64,000 bases of DNA, from contig DAISJZ010000003.1 in the NCBI GenBank assembly GCA_036821145.1, positions 16,587 through 80,586 of the forward strand. The letters are read 5' to 3'. Below the pieces are notes generated by a model that was given only the letters and a program-made list of their open reading frames with translations, made no database searches and was not told the DNA's origin. The DNA is from Spirochaetota bacterium (GTDB lineage: Bacteria; Spirochaetota; UBA4802; UBA5550). Made by a program: the position numbers and the translations under genes. Shown here one piece after another: positions 1 to 10,162 of the stretch; position 1 is the stretch's first letter; each line of letters begins with the position of its first letter.

Positions 1-2
1 TA

Positions 3-881
3 ACATTTGCGGTTCTTGCTTTTTTCAAACTTTATCTGCTTGCGGCAATCTGCGGTGTTATTCTCGCGATTATTGTTGAAACATACAGGAGACAGAGATT
101 TTCTTTTTTCCCCTGGATGTTTTTCAGGGTGGGAGATTCTGCTTCAGTAAAATTTCATCACGCGTCACTCCTCTGCCTGGTTATCGCACTCCTTATGTCA
201 TCGTTTGTAATTATAAACGACGTATATCTGAAGCTTTTCTATTTTGAAAAACTGACACTTGATGTATTCTTCCTCGGTTTTTCATTTCCGGTTTCTCTTA
301 TCACCATGTCAATAATCTTCGGAATTATTGAAAGCGATGGAGTTAAATGGCTCCCTGCAGCGGAACATGCTTTTTTCTGGCTAATCTGCGGAGGGGTAAT
401 AATCTTCTTCGTTTTTATAATAATGAAATCTTTTGCCGGTGAAGTATTTATCTCCGTTACCCTCTGTCTGACAGTTGCGGCAATATTCATGGTTTTTTTC
501 AGATACGGCAGAAGCATACAGCAGAAATATTTTCTGGTATCAGGTATATATTTTCTGCTGGCGACTGCTGTTACAGGTATTCTATATATACTGATGAAAC
601 ACTTCATGTATGATGAATTTTACGGAAAACTTGTTCTTAAAATGCACGCATTCTACTCGTTATACGGATGGAATCTTACAGGGATGATGGTAATTACGAG
701 ATGGGAGGATTTCCCCATTGCGCTTAATACGAGAAAAGCTATATATTTCCACTGGGGAGTTATCCTTGTGCTGGCTCCGCTTGCTAAATTCTACCCTTAC
801 CTGACACTCCCGGCCATTATTTCTTATCTCGGATTTCTCGGGGTCTTCTTTTTTTCAGGGATCCGGGCTAAAAAGGTATAG
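3..881 (+). CDS. Integral membrane protein, 5'-partial (continues upstream of the window)
   Basis: ORF track 117..881. The same frame is open with no stop from nt 3 (TFAVLAFFKLYLLAAICGVILAIIVE...), so the ATG at 117 is probably internal. The sequence is a series of hydrophobic helices. No family recognised. Confidence 0.5.
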   Translation, partial: TFAVLAFFKLYLLAAICGVILAIIVETYRRQRFSFFPWMFFRVGDSASVKFHHASLLCLVIALLMSSFVIINDVYLKLFYFEKLTLDVFFLGFSFPVSLITMSIIFGIIESDGVKWLPAAEHAFFWLICGGVIIFFVFIIMKSFAGEVFISVTLCLTVAAIFMVFFRYGRSIQQKYFLVSGIYFLLATAVTGILYILMKHFMYDEFYGKLVLKMHAFYSLYGWNLTGMMVITRWEDFPIALNTRKAIYFHWGVILVLAPLAKFYPYLTLPAIISYLGFLGVFFFSGIRAKKV

Positions 882-2325
882 ATGCAGATAGAGTTATCTC
901 CTCTGAGCCATCTATACCCGGATTGATACCAACAGTAAAATCGGGATAATTTCCCGCTGAACCGACTTCAGTCCTGTAAACCCTGTATGACGGGGATACA
1001 ACATAAGAAAGGGCAACTTCAGCAGCTTTCAGAAACAGCAGGCCGCCGGCAGCAGCTTTACCCGAAGTCTTATCCCATTGATAGACTGAATATCCTGCAA
1101 TGGACATCTCCGAAAGATAAAAGCACCACCCCTCAAGCCTGCGCCCCTTGTAGAACATACCTCCGCCTGGGATAAAAACTGCAACAGCAGCTGCTGTTGC
1201 ATCGTGATCCTCGAACAACGGAGGAAGGAGAGATTTCCTGTGATACTGGTATGCAAGCTGATTATAAAATGAAACTGAAAACGTGAGAGGGAGAGTCCCC
1301 CAGAGAAAATACTGGAGCCTCTGATCGCGTTTATCCTTCTCTGCATCCATTATCCACGGGAAAAAATTTATATCAAAGCTGTTCATCATTGAAGGGAGGG
1401 AAAGGTGTAAAGCCGTAATGGCCCCCGTTGCGAAGATTCCATACATGTCAGGCTCACCCTTTTCTATACCCATATATTGCACTGAAAGAAATGAACCATA
1501 TCCCGGAAGACAGAAACTTGCCCCCTGATTAATCACACAGGTGCCTATAATTGATTCCCTGGCACTGCCTCTCCTTTTGTTGAGAGCTGCATCTGTGCCG
1601 TAAAAACGGGCAGTATTCTCATCGATTTCACGGTTCAGTTGTTTTACATACTTTTCCGTATCAGGATAAATCTCTATTTCAATTATATCCCCCTGATCAG
1701 CAGCTGCTCCATCTGCCGAAGAGGAAAACCTCTCCACTGTTAAAATCTCCACATAACCTGCTGATGTACGGTAATGCCCGGGAGCGAGTCCATGCCACTG
1801 GCCTGCACTAAGTTTTACAATCCCCTCGGCTTTATCAGTAACCCGGCATTTCAGTTTTAAACTGCTCAGGCGCAGAGCAATTTCACGCGCGCATTTAGCT
1901 GCAATATCTGCAGGGATTCTCGCGTAAATTTTATTTTCATACCTGACATCGCTGTATAATCCATCAAGAGGCTCCAGACTGACAGTAAGCCTGAATAAAC
2001 CGTTTTCTACAGAAAGATCAAGCACGCATAACAGTTCAGCGCCGGCCGCTGCTCCCGCCTTTCTGTAAAGCTCCATCCTGTCCTTTCCGTCACTCTTTCT
2101 AAGGGCCTCTTCCGTTCTGTTATGCGGCAGAGGGTAAAACCTTTTCGAAACATTAAAAGCTTCACCCGCCATAAACTCGCAGGTTTTTAAAATCTCATCA
2201 TGCTGCATATCACCCGTGAAAACAGGAAATACAGCAACTTCAGAGGAATCCCACTCAGATGCATAGAGCCCGACATGAAAACAGGCCATTAATAATATGA
2301 CTATAAAGAGTCTTATTTTCGGCAT
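868..2325 (-). CDS. Hypothetical exported/membrane protein
   Basis: 485 aa ORF. N-terminal signal-like segment MPKIRLFIVILLMACFHVGLYA and hydrophobic segments near the C-terminus. No family recognised. Confidence 0.5.
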   Translation of the reverse strand: MPKIRLFIVILLMACFHVGLYASEWDSSEVAVFPVFTGDMQHDEILKTCEFMAGEAFNVSKRFYPLPHNRTEEALRKSDGKDRMELYRKAGAAAGAELLCVLDLSVENGLFRLTVSLEPLDGLYSDVRYENKIYARIPADIAAKCAREIALRLSSLKLKCRVTDKAEGIVKLSAGQWHGLAPGHYRTSAGYVEILTVERFSSSADGAAADQGDIIEIEIYPDTEKYVKQLNREIDENTARFYGTDAALNKRRGSARESIIGTCVINQGASFCLPGYGSFLSVQYMGIEKGEPDMYGIFATGAITALHLSLPSMMNSFDINFFPWIMDAEKDKRDQRLQYFLWGTLPLTFSVSFYNQLAYQYHRKSLLPPLFEDHDATAAAVAVFIPGGGMFYKGRRLEGWCFYLSEMSIAGYSVYQWDKTSGKAAAGGLLFLKAAEVALSYVVSPSYRVYRTEVGSAGNYPDFTVGINPGIDGSEEITLSASIPF

Positions 2326-2477
2326 TTATACTCTTTTCCTGATAAACTGAATATTTTTGTTAACTTTATCTTTCACGGCAGCACTCTCAGGCTTTTTTTC
2401 TTGAAAAATTAAGCACCATCGATTCTTATAAATGTGTGTAGCATCTATTCCTAAGAAAATCCGGTTATTTAATATAT

Positions 2478-3539
2478 ATGCACAGATTATATAAAATTAT
2501 AGCAGCTTTAATTATATTTCTTATACCGGCAGCTGATTCTATGCCAGCCGGAAACTATTATAAAGATATAACCATCACTGCTTCAGCGGGCCCTTCCTAT
2601 ATTTCAGGCTTTTACGAAGACTATCTTCATGATGGTATGACCTATGGAATTGGCGCATTCTACAATCTCCCTTTTCTGAATAGCAACACATATTTTACAG
2701 GGGGCCTCTCTTTTTCATCTTACGAGATGCTGGTTAACAGCGATTCGACTATGCAGCAGTATGATATATATGCCGGAGGAATGTTTGCTTATCCCCTGAT
2801 GTCCTATATATTTATTAATACGGGGATCACCCTGCGCGGGATATATTCAATGCTTGATACTGACAATACAAAAAGACACGAAACAACATTTAAACCGGGA
2901 TATTCAGTTTTTATCGGCGGCATGGCGTACTTAGGACGCGGCGTGGGGCTCTTCATAAATGCCGAGTACGAAATAACTGAGATTTCATCTGAAAAATTTA
3001 AAACAGCGGAATTAAAGGGGGGCCTTACATATAACTTCGGTGATTACAGGGAGGATATCGAAAGCCGGCTTAATGCAGATAAAAAGATCTCTCTATTCGA
3101 CCAGGGGATCAAAGAATTCCGTAATAAAAATTTTAATGAAGCTAAAAAATTATTTTCAGATCTTTACCAGATGGACAGCGAATACCCCGGACTTAACTAT
3201 TACCTCCAGAGGGTGCGGGAGGTTGAGGAAAACAAGAAAAACGCAGAGTATTATTTATCTCAGAAAAACAGCCTTAAGGCTATTCCATACCTGACTAACT
3301 GTTCTCCATACATTAAGGACTGTGAACTTAAACTGCTCCAGCAGAGGAAAATTCTAATGTCAAATGTTGCGTCATGGGAGAAAGAGGGGATAATATTTTA
3401 CGATAACAGGCGATATAAAGAATGCATATCAGTAATGGAAAAGATACTGCTTGTTGACCCGGAAAATAAAAATGCAAATATCTACCTCCCCAGGGCGGTA
3501 AAAAGGAACAGGGCCATTGAATCCCTGCAGAGTGAATAA
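2478..3539 (+). CDS. Predicted outer-membrane beta-barrel protein with C-terminal TPR-like repeats
   Basis: Signal peptide (IIFLIPAADS). About 190 aa of alternating aromatic/Gly-rich beta-strand-like sequence ending ...GGLTYNF. The C-terminal half has TPR-like helices (FNEAKKLFSDLYQMDSEYPG; YKECISVMEKILLVDPENKNA). Its stop is 2 nt before the next gene. Confidence 0.5.
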   Translation: MHRLYKIIAALIIFLIPAADSMPAGNYYKDITITASAGPSYISGFYEDYLHDGMTYGIGAFYNLPFLNSNTYFTGGLSFSSYEMLVNSDSTMQQYDIYAGGMFAYPLMSYIFINTGITLRGIYSMLDTDNTKRHETTFKPGYSVFIGGMAYLGRGVGLFINAEYEITEISSEKFKTAELKGGLTYNFGDYREDIESRLNADKKISLFDQGIKEFRNKNFNEAKKLFSDLYQMDSEYPGLNYYLQRVREVEENKKNAEYYLSQKNSLKAIPYLTNCSPYIKDCELKLLQQRKILMSNVASWEKEGIIFYDNRRYKECISVMEKILLVDPENKNANIYLPRAVKRNRAIESLQSE

Positions 3540-3541
3540 TT

Positions 3542-6274
3542 ATGAGCATCAAGAAAAAACTAATCCTCGCATTTATACTATTTACCTCTCTTGCAATCAT
3601 ACCTTTATCCTCTCTGCTTATTAAGAACATGGAGAGAAACGCGATAATTTTTCTTCAGAATCAGTCAAGGATATATGCAAATATTTTATCCAAGGCTGTT
3701 GTCAACAGTCTCATGATGAACGGCGGGGATATCCAGGCTGCCGGTGTTGACATCAAGGATATGATATCTATCTTTGAGCCCCTTAAAAATCACGGACTTG
3801 TTTATGCTGACGCTGTTCTTCTCTCTCCAAATGAGAAAAAAAACGGCACAATAATATCATCACTTGTAATTGATCAATCTGATGATATTTCAAGCCGCTA
3901 TTCAGTAAAACCGGATAGCAAGAAGATTCAGAATATACTTTATTATGACGGCAGTTTCAGGGAATTTTCGGACGATCATGCCTATTACGAGTTTGTAAAA
4001 AGCGGCAGCCTTCCCGGAAGCCCTCCATTCTGCTTTGTGCGGATTCTCATCAGCAAGGATGTTGCTCTGGCTGACATTACAAAGCTTAAATACTACATGT
4101 TCAGCGCGTCCGGTTTTCTGTTGCTGCTTGTCCTTGCGGTGGCTTTTTTCCTGGGTGGATACATTTCATCACCAATTCTCCACCTGACTGAAAGAGCAAA
4201 AAAAATCGAATCCGGGGATTACAGCAGGGACCTGACAATCAGATCAAAGGATGAAATCGGGAAGCTGGCAGATACATTCAACAGCATGGCGTCAATGATT
4301 GAGCAGAAAATAAATGAACTGGAAAAAGCCAATGTAGAACTTCAGACAATGGACAGGCTGAAGGATGAATTCCTGGCTAACACATCCCATGAGCTGAAAA
4401 CTCCAATACATGGAATAATCGGCCTTACCGAATCTCTCCTTGATGGTACCTGCGGCATACTGAATGATAATTCCAGAAATATACTGGCAATGATAGCAAA
4501 AAGCAGCAAACGATTAGCGAACCTCGTTGACGATATACTTGATTTCTCGAGACTGAAAAACAGCGACATTAATCTTGATTTAAAAAATATAGACCTCCGT
4601 TCAATGGCGGATGCGGTTTTAACCATACTATCCCCCCTCCGTTCAGGCAAAGATATAAAAATATTAAATGAAATTGCCGACAACGCGAGATTCGTTAAAG
4701 GTGACGAGAACCGGATTGAACAGATACTTATTAATATAATCGGTAACGCGATTAAATTCACAGAAAGCGGATTTATAAAAATCACTTCAGAAACCTCTTC
4801 CAACAACCGTATAACAGTAAGTATATCTGATACGGGAATAGGTATAGATGAAGATATGCATGAAGCCATCTTTGAATCATTTGTACAGTCTGACGGTTCA
4901 ATATCAAGAAAATATGGCGGCACAGGCCTTGGACTTGCGATTACGAAAGATCTTGTAATGCTCCATGGCGGAGAAATACATGTTGAATCAAAACCGGGTA
5001 AAGGTTCAAAATTTTTCTTTACTCTCCCTGAAGGGGAAAAAGCCGGAACAGTTACGTACATAGTTCCCGCTGCTGACATTTCAAACCGCTTTTCAAAGGA
5101 ACTCCCGCTTATCAGTTCAGATACCGGCATTGAATTTTCCGGTTCAAGAATACTTGTGGTTGACGATGAACCTGTAAACCTTCAGATACTTATTAATCAG
5201 CTGACAAAAGAAAAATACTCTGTTCAATTTCTGACAAACGGTGAAGAGGCAATCTCAGCAATTGAATCAGGGGAGGATTTCGACCTCGTACTCCTTGACG
5301 TAATGATGCCTGTAATCTCCGGCTTCGATGTCTGCAAAAAAATCAGAGAAAAATACAGTGCCCATGAACTTCCGGTTGTTCTCCTTACAGCTAAAAATAC
5401 AAAGGAGGATATTATCGCGGGAATTTCAATGGGCGCCAATGATTACATCACCAAGCCCTTTGATAAAGAGGAGCTTCTCGCCCGTGTGAAAAACTATATA
5501 TCTCTGAAAAAAGCTGCTGAAGAACAGAAAAAATTTATAGCTGTAAAACAGGAGCTTGAGATAGCGAGGAACATCCAGCTTTCGATTCTTCCTGGTACGC
5601 TTCCGCAGATGGATCGAATTTCCATTAAAGCTAAATATGAACCGATGATGGAGGTAGGTGGTGACTTCTATGATTTTCTCCAGATAGATGAACACAGGAT
5701 CGGGATACTGATTGCTGATGTAACCGGACATGGAGTTGCCGCAGCACTCATAAGCTCCATGGTAAAAATCGCTTTCTACATGTCACACGACAGGGTTGAC
5801 GATCCGGCAGCACTGCTTTCAAAAATCAACTCATCGCTCTTTGAACATATATATGGAAGGTTCATCACTGCATTTTATATTTTTATTGATACAAAAGAGA
5901 TGAAAGCGGTATTTTCAAATGCTGCACACTGGCCCATTTACATTCAGAACAGACACACCGGGGAGATCTCAGAACATACAATCAGGGGCCGCCTTATAGG
6001 TATAAATAGGGAGGAGAACTACCGCAATCATTCAGTAAATCTTAAAAATGGCGACAGGCTGATTCTATACACTGACGGGCTTATTGAGGAGAGAGACAAA
6101 ACAGGGGAACTGCTGGGTGAAGATCGTTTTATGGAGATGATAACTGAAAATACAGGGAAACAGCCGTCCCGTCTTATTGACGAAATATTCATGAATCTTT
6201 ACAACTGGTCCGGCAGCTTCAACAGTGAAGGGCTGGAAGACGATGCCACTATGATTGTTGTAGATATAGATTAG
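3542..6274 (+). CDS. Hybrid sensor histidine kinase / receiver / PP2C (SpoIIE-RsbU type) phosphatase
   Basis: 910 aa with two TM segments flanking a sensor region, followed by a HAMP-like linker. H-box SHELKTPIHGI; N/G boxes NAIKFT, DTGIGI, GGTGLGLAI. Receiver motifs ILVVDDEPVN...DLVLLDVMMP...LTAK. PP2C motifs GGDFYDF, ADVTGHGVAAAL, YTDGLIE, DDATMIVVDI. Confidence 0.85.
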   Translation: MSIKKKLILAFILFTSLAIIPLSSLLIKNMERNAIIFLQNQSRIYANILSKAVVNSLMMNGGDIQAAGVDIKDMISIFEPLKNHGLVYADAVLLSPNEKKNGTIISSLVIDQSDDISSRYSVKPDSKKIQNILYYDGSFREFSDDHAYYEFVKSGSLPGSPPFCFVRILISKDVALADITKLKYYMFSASGFLLLLVLAVAFFLGGYISSPILHLTERAKKIESGDYSRDLTIRSKDEIGKLADTFNSMASMIEQKINELEKANVELQTMDRLKDEFLANTSHELKTPIHGIIGLTESLLDGTCGILNDNSRNILAMIAKSSKRLANLVDDILDFSRLKNSDINLDLKNIDLRSMADAVLTILSPLRSGKDIKILNEIADNARFVKGDENRIEQILINIIGNAIKFTESGFIKITSETSSNNRITVSISDTGIGIDEDMHEAIFESFVQSDGSISRKYGGTGLGLAITKDLVMLHGGEIHVESKPGKGSKFFFTLPEGEKAGTVTYIVPAADISNRFSKELPLISSDTGIEFSGSRILVVDDEPVNLQILINQLTKEKYSVQFLTNGEEAISAIESGEDFDLVLLDVMMPVISGFDVCKKIREKYSAHELPVVLLTAKNTKEDIIAGISMGANDYITKPFDKEELLARVKNYISLKKAAEEQKKFIAVKQELEIARNIQLSILPGTLPQMDRISIKAKYEPMMEVGGDFYDFLQIDEHRIGILIADVTGHGVAAALISSMVKIAFYMSHDRVDDPAALLSKINSSLFEHIYGRFITAFYIFIDTKEMKAVFSNAAHWPIYIQNRHTGEISEHTIRGRLIGINREENYRNHSVNLKNGDRLILYTDGLIEERDKTGELLGEDRFMEMITENTGKQPSRLIDEIFMNLYNWSGSFNSEGLEDDATMIVVDID

Positions 6275-7350
6275 AGTTTAAGTTCAATCAGCATCGGCTG
6301 ATAAATCATCGGATCTATATATATAATAAAAATTCTTCCATCTTCAGAAAATATCTCTTTCCCTGAATAGGGCCACATAGGGGCCCCCTCTTTTTTTTCC
6401 GGCTTATAAACTGTAACCAGTTTCGCTTCTTTTATATTTTCAAAACCTGTAAATGTTGCTGTTTTAATTTCTCCGGTAAAAATTTTTGAATATATTAATA
6501 CATATTTCTTCAAACTGCTGTTATATGAGATAGAACACTCTCCCGAAACATCCCCGAAAAACTCGCCTGCTGAATCAATATCATTCACCCATTTCCCGTT
6601 TTCTGTGATAAATTCATAGGAGCCTGTATCCTCGATTTTATCCTCCCGGACCCTTGCAAAAGAGAGGGGAAACCTGTCACCCTTTTTAAAATGCCCCGCA
6701 AGGTAAACATACCCGTCTTTTTTCATTACAGAAGCACCGTAAGCAGGGTACTCCCCCTTGAACATAGGCCCCAGCCGTTTGAACCTCACGTGATCCCCAG
6801 GTTTCCACCCTTCCGGGATATACCAGACTGCAAGGCCAGAATAGAGAACTTTAAAATCAAGAAACTTTGTATAATCCGGAACAAATATGTGAAGATAATA
6901 AACATAAACTCTGTTACCTATTCTCACTCCGTCAAGAGCCCAGAACCTGTGATAAAGCGGATCCTCTCCGCTCCTGTTTTTAATAAATTGTGTTGGCCTG
7001 CCGTCTTCTGTTAAATATGAAAGTTTAATATTTTTAAAATTTGCCGGTGTTATTTTTTCACTCCACGCAAGAGAATTGGAGATCATACCCTCTGTCACAG
7101 TATCATTTTCAAGGGATGAAACAGGGCCTTTTCCGGTTTTCCATTTGCCGAGTATCGTATCAGCAAAAGTCCAGAGTGTAAGGGTATCGTCAAACTGTAT
7201 TGAACAGACACCATCCTGACCGAGTACATATTCATGCCTGGAGGGGGCAAATATTCCATGTTCAATTACAGAAGGTCCGGTTAAACATCCGGAGATTATT
7301 ACAATGAAGAGAATAGATGGTAAGATTATTTTTTTATTCAGTATTTTCAT
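6271..7350 (-). CDS. Hypothetical lipoprotein
   Basis: 359 aa with a lipobox-like N-terminus (ILFIVIISGC). The soluble part is Trp/Tyr-rich and beta-rich (possibly propeller-like). No family securely recognised. Confidence 0.5.
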   Translation of the reverse strand: MKILNKKIILPSILFIVIISGCLTGPSVIEHGIFAPSRHEYVLGQDGVCSIQFDDTLTLWTFADTILGKWKTGKGPVSSLENDTVTEGMISNSLAWSEKITPANFKNIKLSYLTEDGRPTQFIKNRSGEDPLYHRFWALDGVRIGNRVYVYYLHIFVPDYTKFLDFKVLYSGLAVWYIPEGWKPGDHVRFKRLGPMFKGEYPAYGASVMKKDGYVYLAGHFKKGDRFPLSFARVREDKIEDTGSYEFITENGKWVNDIDSAGEFFGDVSGECSISYNSSLKKYVLIYSKIFTGEIKTATFTGFENIKEAKLVTVYKPEKKEGAPMWPYSGKEIFSEDGRIFIIYIDPMIYQPMLIELKL

Positions 7351-7370
7351 ACTGATATTATCGGCAGGGA

Positions 7371-7934
7371 TCAGGGTCCGGCTACACAGCGGACTGATTT
7401 ATATTTTGTAGCAACATCCCATTGGGTGATTCCAGTATAAAAATTAATTGCCCAGGCTAAAGCTGAATTTGAAATATACGTTGTTGAAGTCCAGTAGTGC
7501 TGATAGCATGTATCATAATAACAATACACTGTGGTACCAAAAAAATTTAAATAATCATTATCAATATCTTTACCGGTAACAGCATTCGGAAAAACCTCTT
7601 CAACAACCTGACTGTAGTTCGACGCATTTGTCGGTTTATGATGATAAAAAATTATACTCTGGAGTTCTCTTATGTCAGGGAGCCTCCAATCAGACCTCCC
7701 ATCATACACCAGATTTGAACATGCCTCTTTTGCCTCTGCCCATGTGTACAGTTTCTTGTCACCTTTACAGTTAAAATCATACATCGGTTTATTATCTGAT
7801 GACAAAGGGCATCTTGTCCAAATAAGATTTGTACTTTTATCAAGAACAGACCCCCTTGAAAGAACTCTATAAATTTTTTCACCAACCAGAGGAATCGTTA
7901 TAAATAGAATCAACAGAGTCAATATCCTTTTCAA
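7371..7934 (-). CDS. DUF1566 (Lcl C-terminal / C-type-lectin-like) domain protein
   Basis: Signal peptide. Hallmark DUF1566 strings LIWTRCP, YTWAEAKEACSNL, DWRLPDIRELQSI, YWTSTTY, AWAINFYTG, VRCV. Confidence 0.75.
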   Translation of the reverse strand: MKRILTLLILFITIPLVGEKIYRVLSRGSVLDKSTNLIWTRCPLSSDNKPMYDFNCKGDKKLYTWAEAKEACSNLVYDGRSDWRLPDIRELQSIIFYHHKPTNASNYSQVVEEVFPNAVTGKDIDNDYLNFFGTTVYCYYDTCYQHYWTSTTYISNSALAWAINFYTGITQWDVATKYKSVRCVAGP

Positions 7935-8725
7935 AATGGATCCTCAATCCCACCTCTAACACATCTGACATACTGTTTCTCAAAATTCAGATCGGTTTTC
8001 AGCTTTTTTCTAAAATCAACTATATTAGTAAAAGAAGGAGACTGTGCATTTGATGAATTAAAAAAAACAATCCATCCGTAATCAATCGTTTCAAAATAAT
8101 CACCAATGAAAAGCTTCGATGTGAATGTCCAGTATCCTTCATTTGTATTACTTATTGTATTGGGGAAAACACTCGCATCAATAGCCGGATCCTCATTATT
8201 ATAATTGATAATACTAATCAGTTCCGGAACTCTCGGGAGTCTCCAGTTTGTATATCCTGCATATCCGGTTCCGCCATTCATTTCATTCATTTTTTTCTTA
8301 CAAAATTCCGCAGCATAAATCCATTCCATTGGTGTATGCGACTCCGAACAAATAGCTGTTGTATCAATATTATCTTTATCAATTGCGGTGCACCGAGACC
8401 ACATCAACCCGGTTTTTTTATCAAGAACAACATTATCTACTCCATCGGCTGCAGGATTAGGATTGCCAGTCATTGGATCCGGATTTATAGTATAACCTCC
8501 GCTTGTATCAACACCTGGTATATCAAAATATGTTGTTCTAAGTGCAGCATCATCATCATTCAGCACAACATCAAAAGGGGCAATAAAGTCCTCCTCCTCA
8601 TTCATAGCTTCAAGGAACCTGTCGTCATAACACCCCGAAAGGAAGATCATCGCAGGTAAAAATAGAAGAAGAAAAAATATAATTCTAAAAAAAGCCATCA
8701 CAGTCCTTAATAAAAAAAGTAGCAC
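7931..8725 (-). CDS. DUF1566 domain protein (paralogue of the downstream gene)
   Basis: Signal/lipobox-like N-terminus (IFLSGC). Motifs GLMWSRCT, MEWIYAAEFCKK, NWRLPRVPELISI, YWTFTS, YVRCVRG. Overlaps the next gene by 4 nt. Confidence 0.7.
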   Translation of the reverse strand: MLLFLLRTVMAFFRIIFFLLLFLPAMIFLSGCYDDRFLEAMNEEEDFIAPFDVVLNDDDAALRTTYFDIPGVDTSGGYTINPDPMTGNPNPAADGVDNVVLDKKTGLMWSRCTAIDKDNIDTTAICSESHTPMEWIYAAEFCKKKMNEMNGGTGYAGYTNWRLPRVPELISIINYNNEDPAIDASVFPNTISNTNEGYWTFTSKLFIGDYFETIDYGWIVFFNSSNAQSPSFTNIVDFRKKLKTDLNFEKQYVRCVRGGIEDPF

Positions 8726-8850
8726 ACATATGCAAATCTATTCAACTATCAGGAATTGTCAATATTAATCGCAAAACAGAGGTTAAATGGAGCAAAGCAG
8801 CGCGGGAGATTACAATAATGAAGTATTAATTTTAATTTTTAATGTAAAAA

Positions 8851-8901
8851 TTAAAAAAATACGGCACAACAAGCAAGGGGTTGCAACCCCTTGCTTGTTG
8901 T
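8851..8901 (-). terminator. Rho-independent terminator after hisG
   Basis: Perfect 36-nt palindrome ACAACAAGCAAGGGGTTGCAACCCCTTGCTTGTTGT (8866..8901) abutting the hisG stop. On the minus strand it is followed by GCCGUAUUUUUUUAA. Confidence 0.55.
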
Positions 8902-9770
8902 TACAGCCTGCAGTTCACAATCTCAGTCTCAATTATGGCATTGGCGCCGATTCCCTCAAGCCTGTCCATCACCTGTACAACTTCCGATTTTTTTACCATC
9001 ACCTTGATGGAATACCACTCTTTAAGATCGAGTTTGGAAATCGTGGGTGATTCAAAACCCGGGGTGATCTTTTCAGCCTCTTTCAGTCTGCTTTCATGAA
9101 TATTGTACTCAAGCATGCTGTACTGGTTGGCCACAAGGACACCTTCAATACGCCTCCTTATGCGGACAACCCTCTCATCATTCTCCATCTTTTTTGATGA
9201 AATGAGAGTTGTTTCATACGAACCTATTTCACTGAAAACCTTCAAATTATTATCGCGAAGACTGTCGCCTGTTTCGACAATATCAACAATGGCATGGGCA
9301 AGATTCAGGGCAATCATAATCTCCACAGAACCGTTCATCTCAATGCATTGAACATCAACCCCGTTTCTTTTAAAATAATCGTGTGTCATCACAGGGAATG
9401 AGGTTGCTATATTCATCCCTTTCAGTGATTCAAGTGCGCTATCCTTCCACTCATCCTTAACGGCAACACAGAGCCTGCACTGGCCGTAGCCAAGCGACAT
9501 AAGCTGAATAACATCAGATGCACGCCTCTCCGCAATCAGGTCGTTCCCTGTTATACCCAGGTCTACAACTCCGTTCTGAACAAGCACAGGTATATCATCA
9601 GCCCTGATAAAAATAAAGACTATATCATAATTGGTGCATGTGGCGTAGAGGTTTCTACCCTGGGCCCTGAACTTGAATCCGGCTTTTTTAAGAAGCTCAA
9701 TCGTGGGCTCCATGAGCCTTCCCTTTGAGGGAATGGCAAATTTTATTCTGCTTGTTTCACTTAGATTCAT
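8901..9770 (-). CDS. hisG: ATP phosphoribosyltransferase, long form
   Basis: 289 aa. N-terminus IKFAIPSKGRLMEPTIELLKKAGF and overall HisG-long length and architecture. Confidence 0.85.
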   Translation of the reverse strand: MNLSETSRIKFAIPSKGRLMEPTIELLKKAGFKFRAQGRNLYATCTNYDIVFIFIRADDIPVLVQNGVVDLGITGNDLIAERRASDVIQLMSLGYGQCRLCVAVKDEWKDSALESLKGMNIATSFPVMTHDYFKRNGVDVQCIEMNGSVEIMIALNLAHAIVDIVETGDSLRDNNLKVFSEIGSYETTLISSKKMENDERVVRIRRRIEGVLVANQYSMLEYNIHESRLKEAEKITPGFESPTISKLDLKEWYSIKVMVKKSEVVQVMDRLEGIGANAIIETEIVNCRL

Positions 9771-10089
9771 TCTCTGTTCTCCCCGCTTTTTCTACCAGCC
9801 CGCTGGTGCCGAACCTTCTTTCAAGTTCAGCACGTATATCATCAAGTTTAATTTCTTTGTAGGATGCAAGAACCAGTGTATGGAACAGCAGGTCGCATAT
9901 CTCGTATACCAGGTGGCCTTTATCCTCTTCAAGGGCAGCCTCGCAGACCTCCCCCGCCTCCTCTGTAATCTTGCTGTTTATCTTTTCTGTCCCTTTATGC
10001 ATAAGTTTCGCTACATAGGACTTTTCAGGAGAACTCTTCTTTCTCTCCTCAATTACATCAAATAGGCTGCTGAAAATATCACTGTTCAT
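9757..10089 (-). CDS. hisE: Phosphoribosyl-ATP pyrophosphatase
   Basis: 110 aa. SYVAKLMHKGTEKINSKITEEAGEV...EICDLLFHTLVL is typical of HisE/MazG-like proteins. Overlaps the hisG start. Confidence 0.85.
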   Translation of the reverse strand: MNSDIFSSLFDVIEERKKSSPEKSYVAKLMHKGTEKINSKITEEAGEVCEAALEEDKGHLVYEICDLLFHTLVLASYKEIKLDDIRAELERRFGTSGLVEKAGRTENESK

Positions 10090-10162
10090 ATTTATATCCC
10101 TGAGGGACGAGAATAAATTTATTCAGATTTTAGTCAAGATTTAATACGTTGCAGAAAAGGAA

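Noticed and set aside
4342-5130. 262 aa minus-strand ORF inside the hybrid kinase gene
   Set aside because: It lies entirely antisense to a CDS with clear HisKA/HATPase motifs. Its product is Ser/Ile/Phe-rich low-complexity sequence typical of a shadow ORF.
7371-8725. Diversity-generating retroelement targeting the DUF1566 genes
   Set aside because: There is no reverse transcriptase ORF in the window. There is no template/variable repeat pair, and no Asn(AAC)-rich variable patch at the C-termini.
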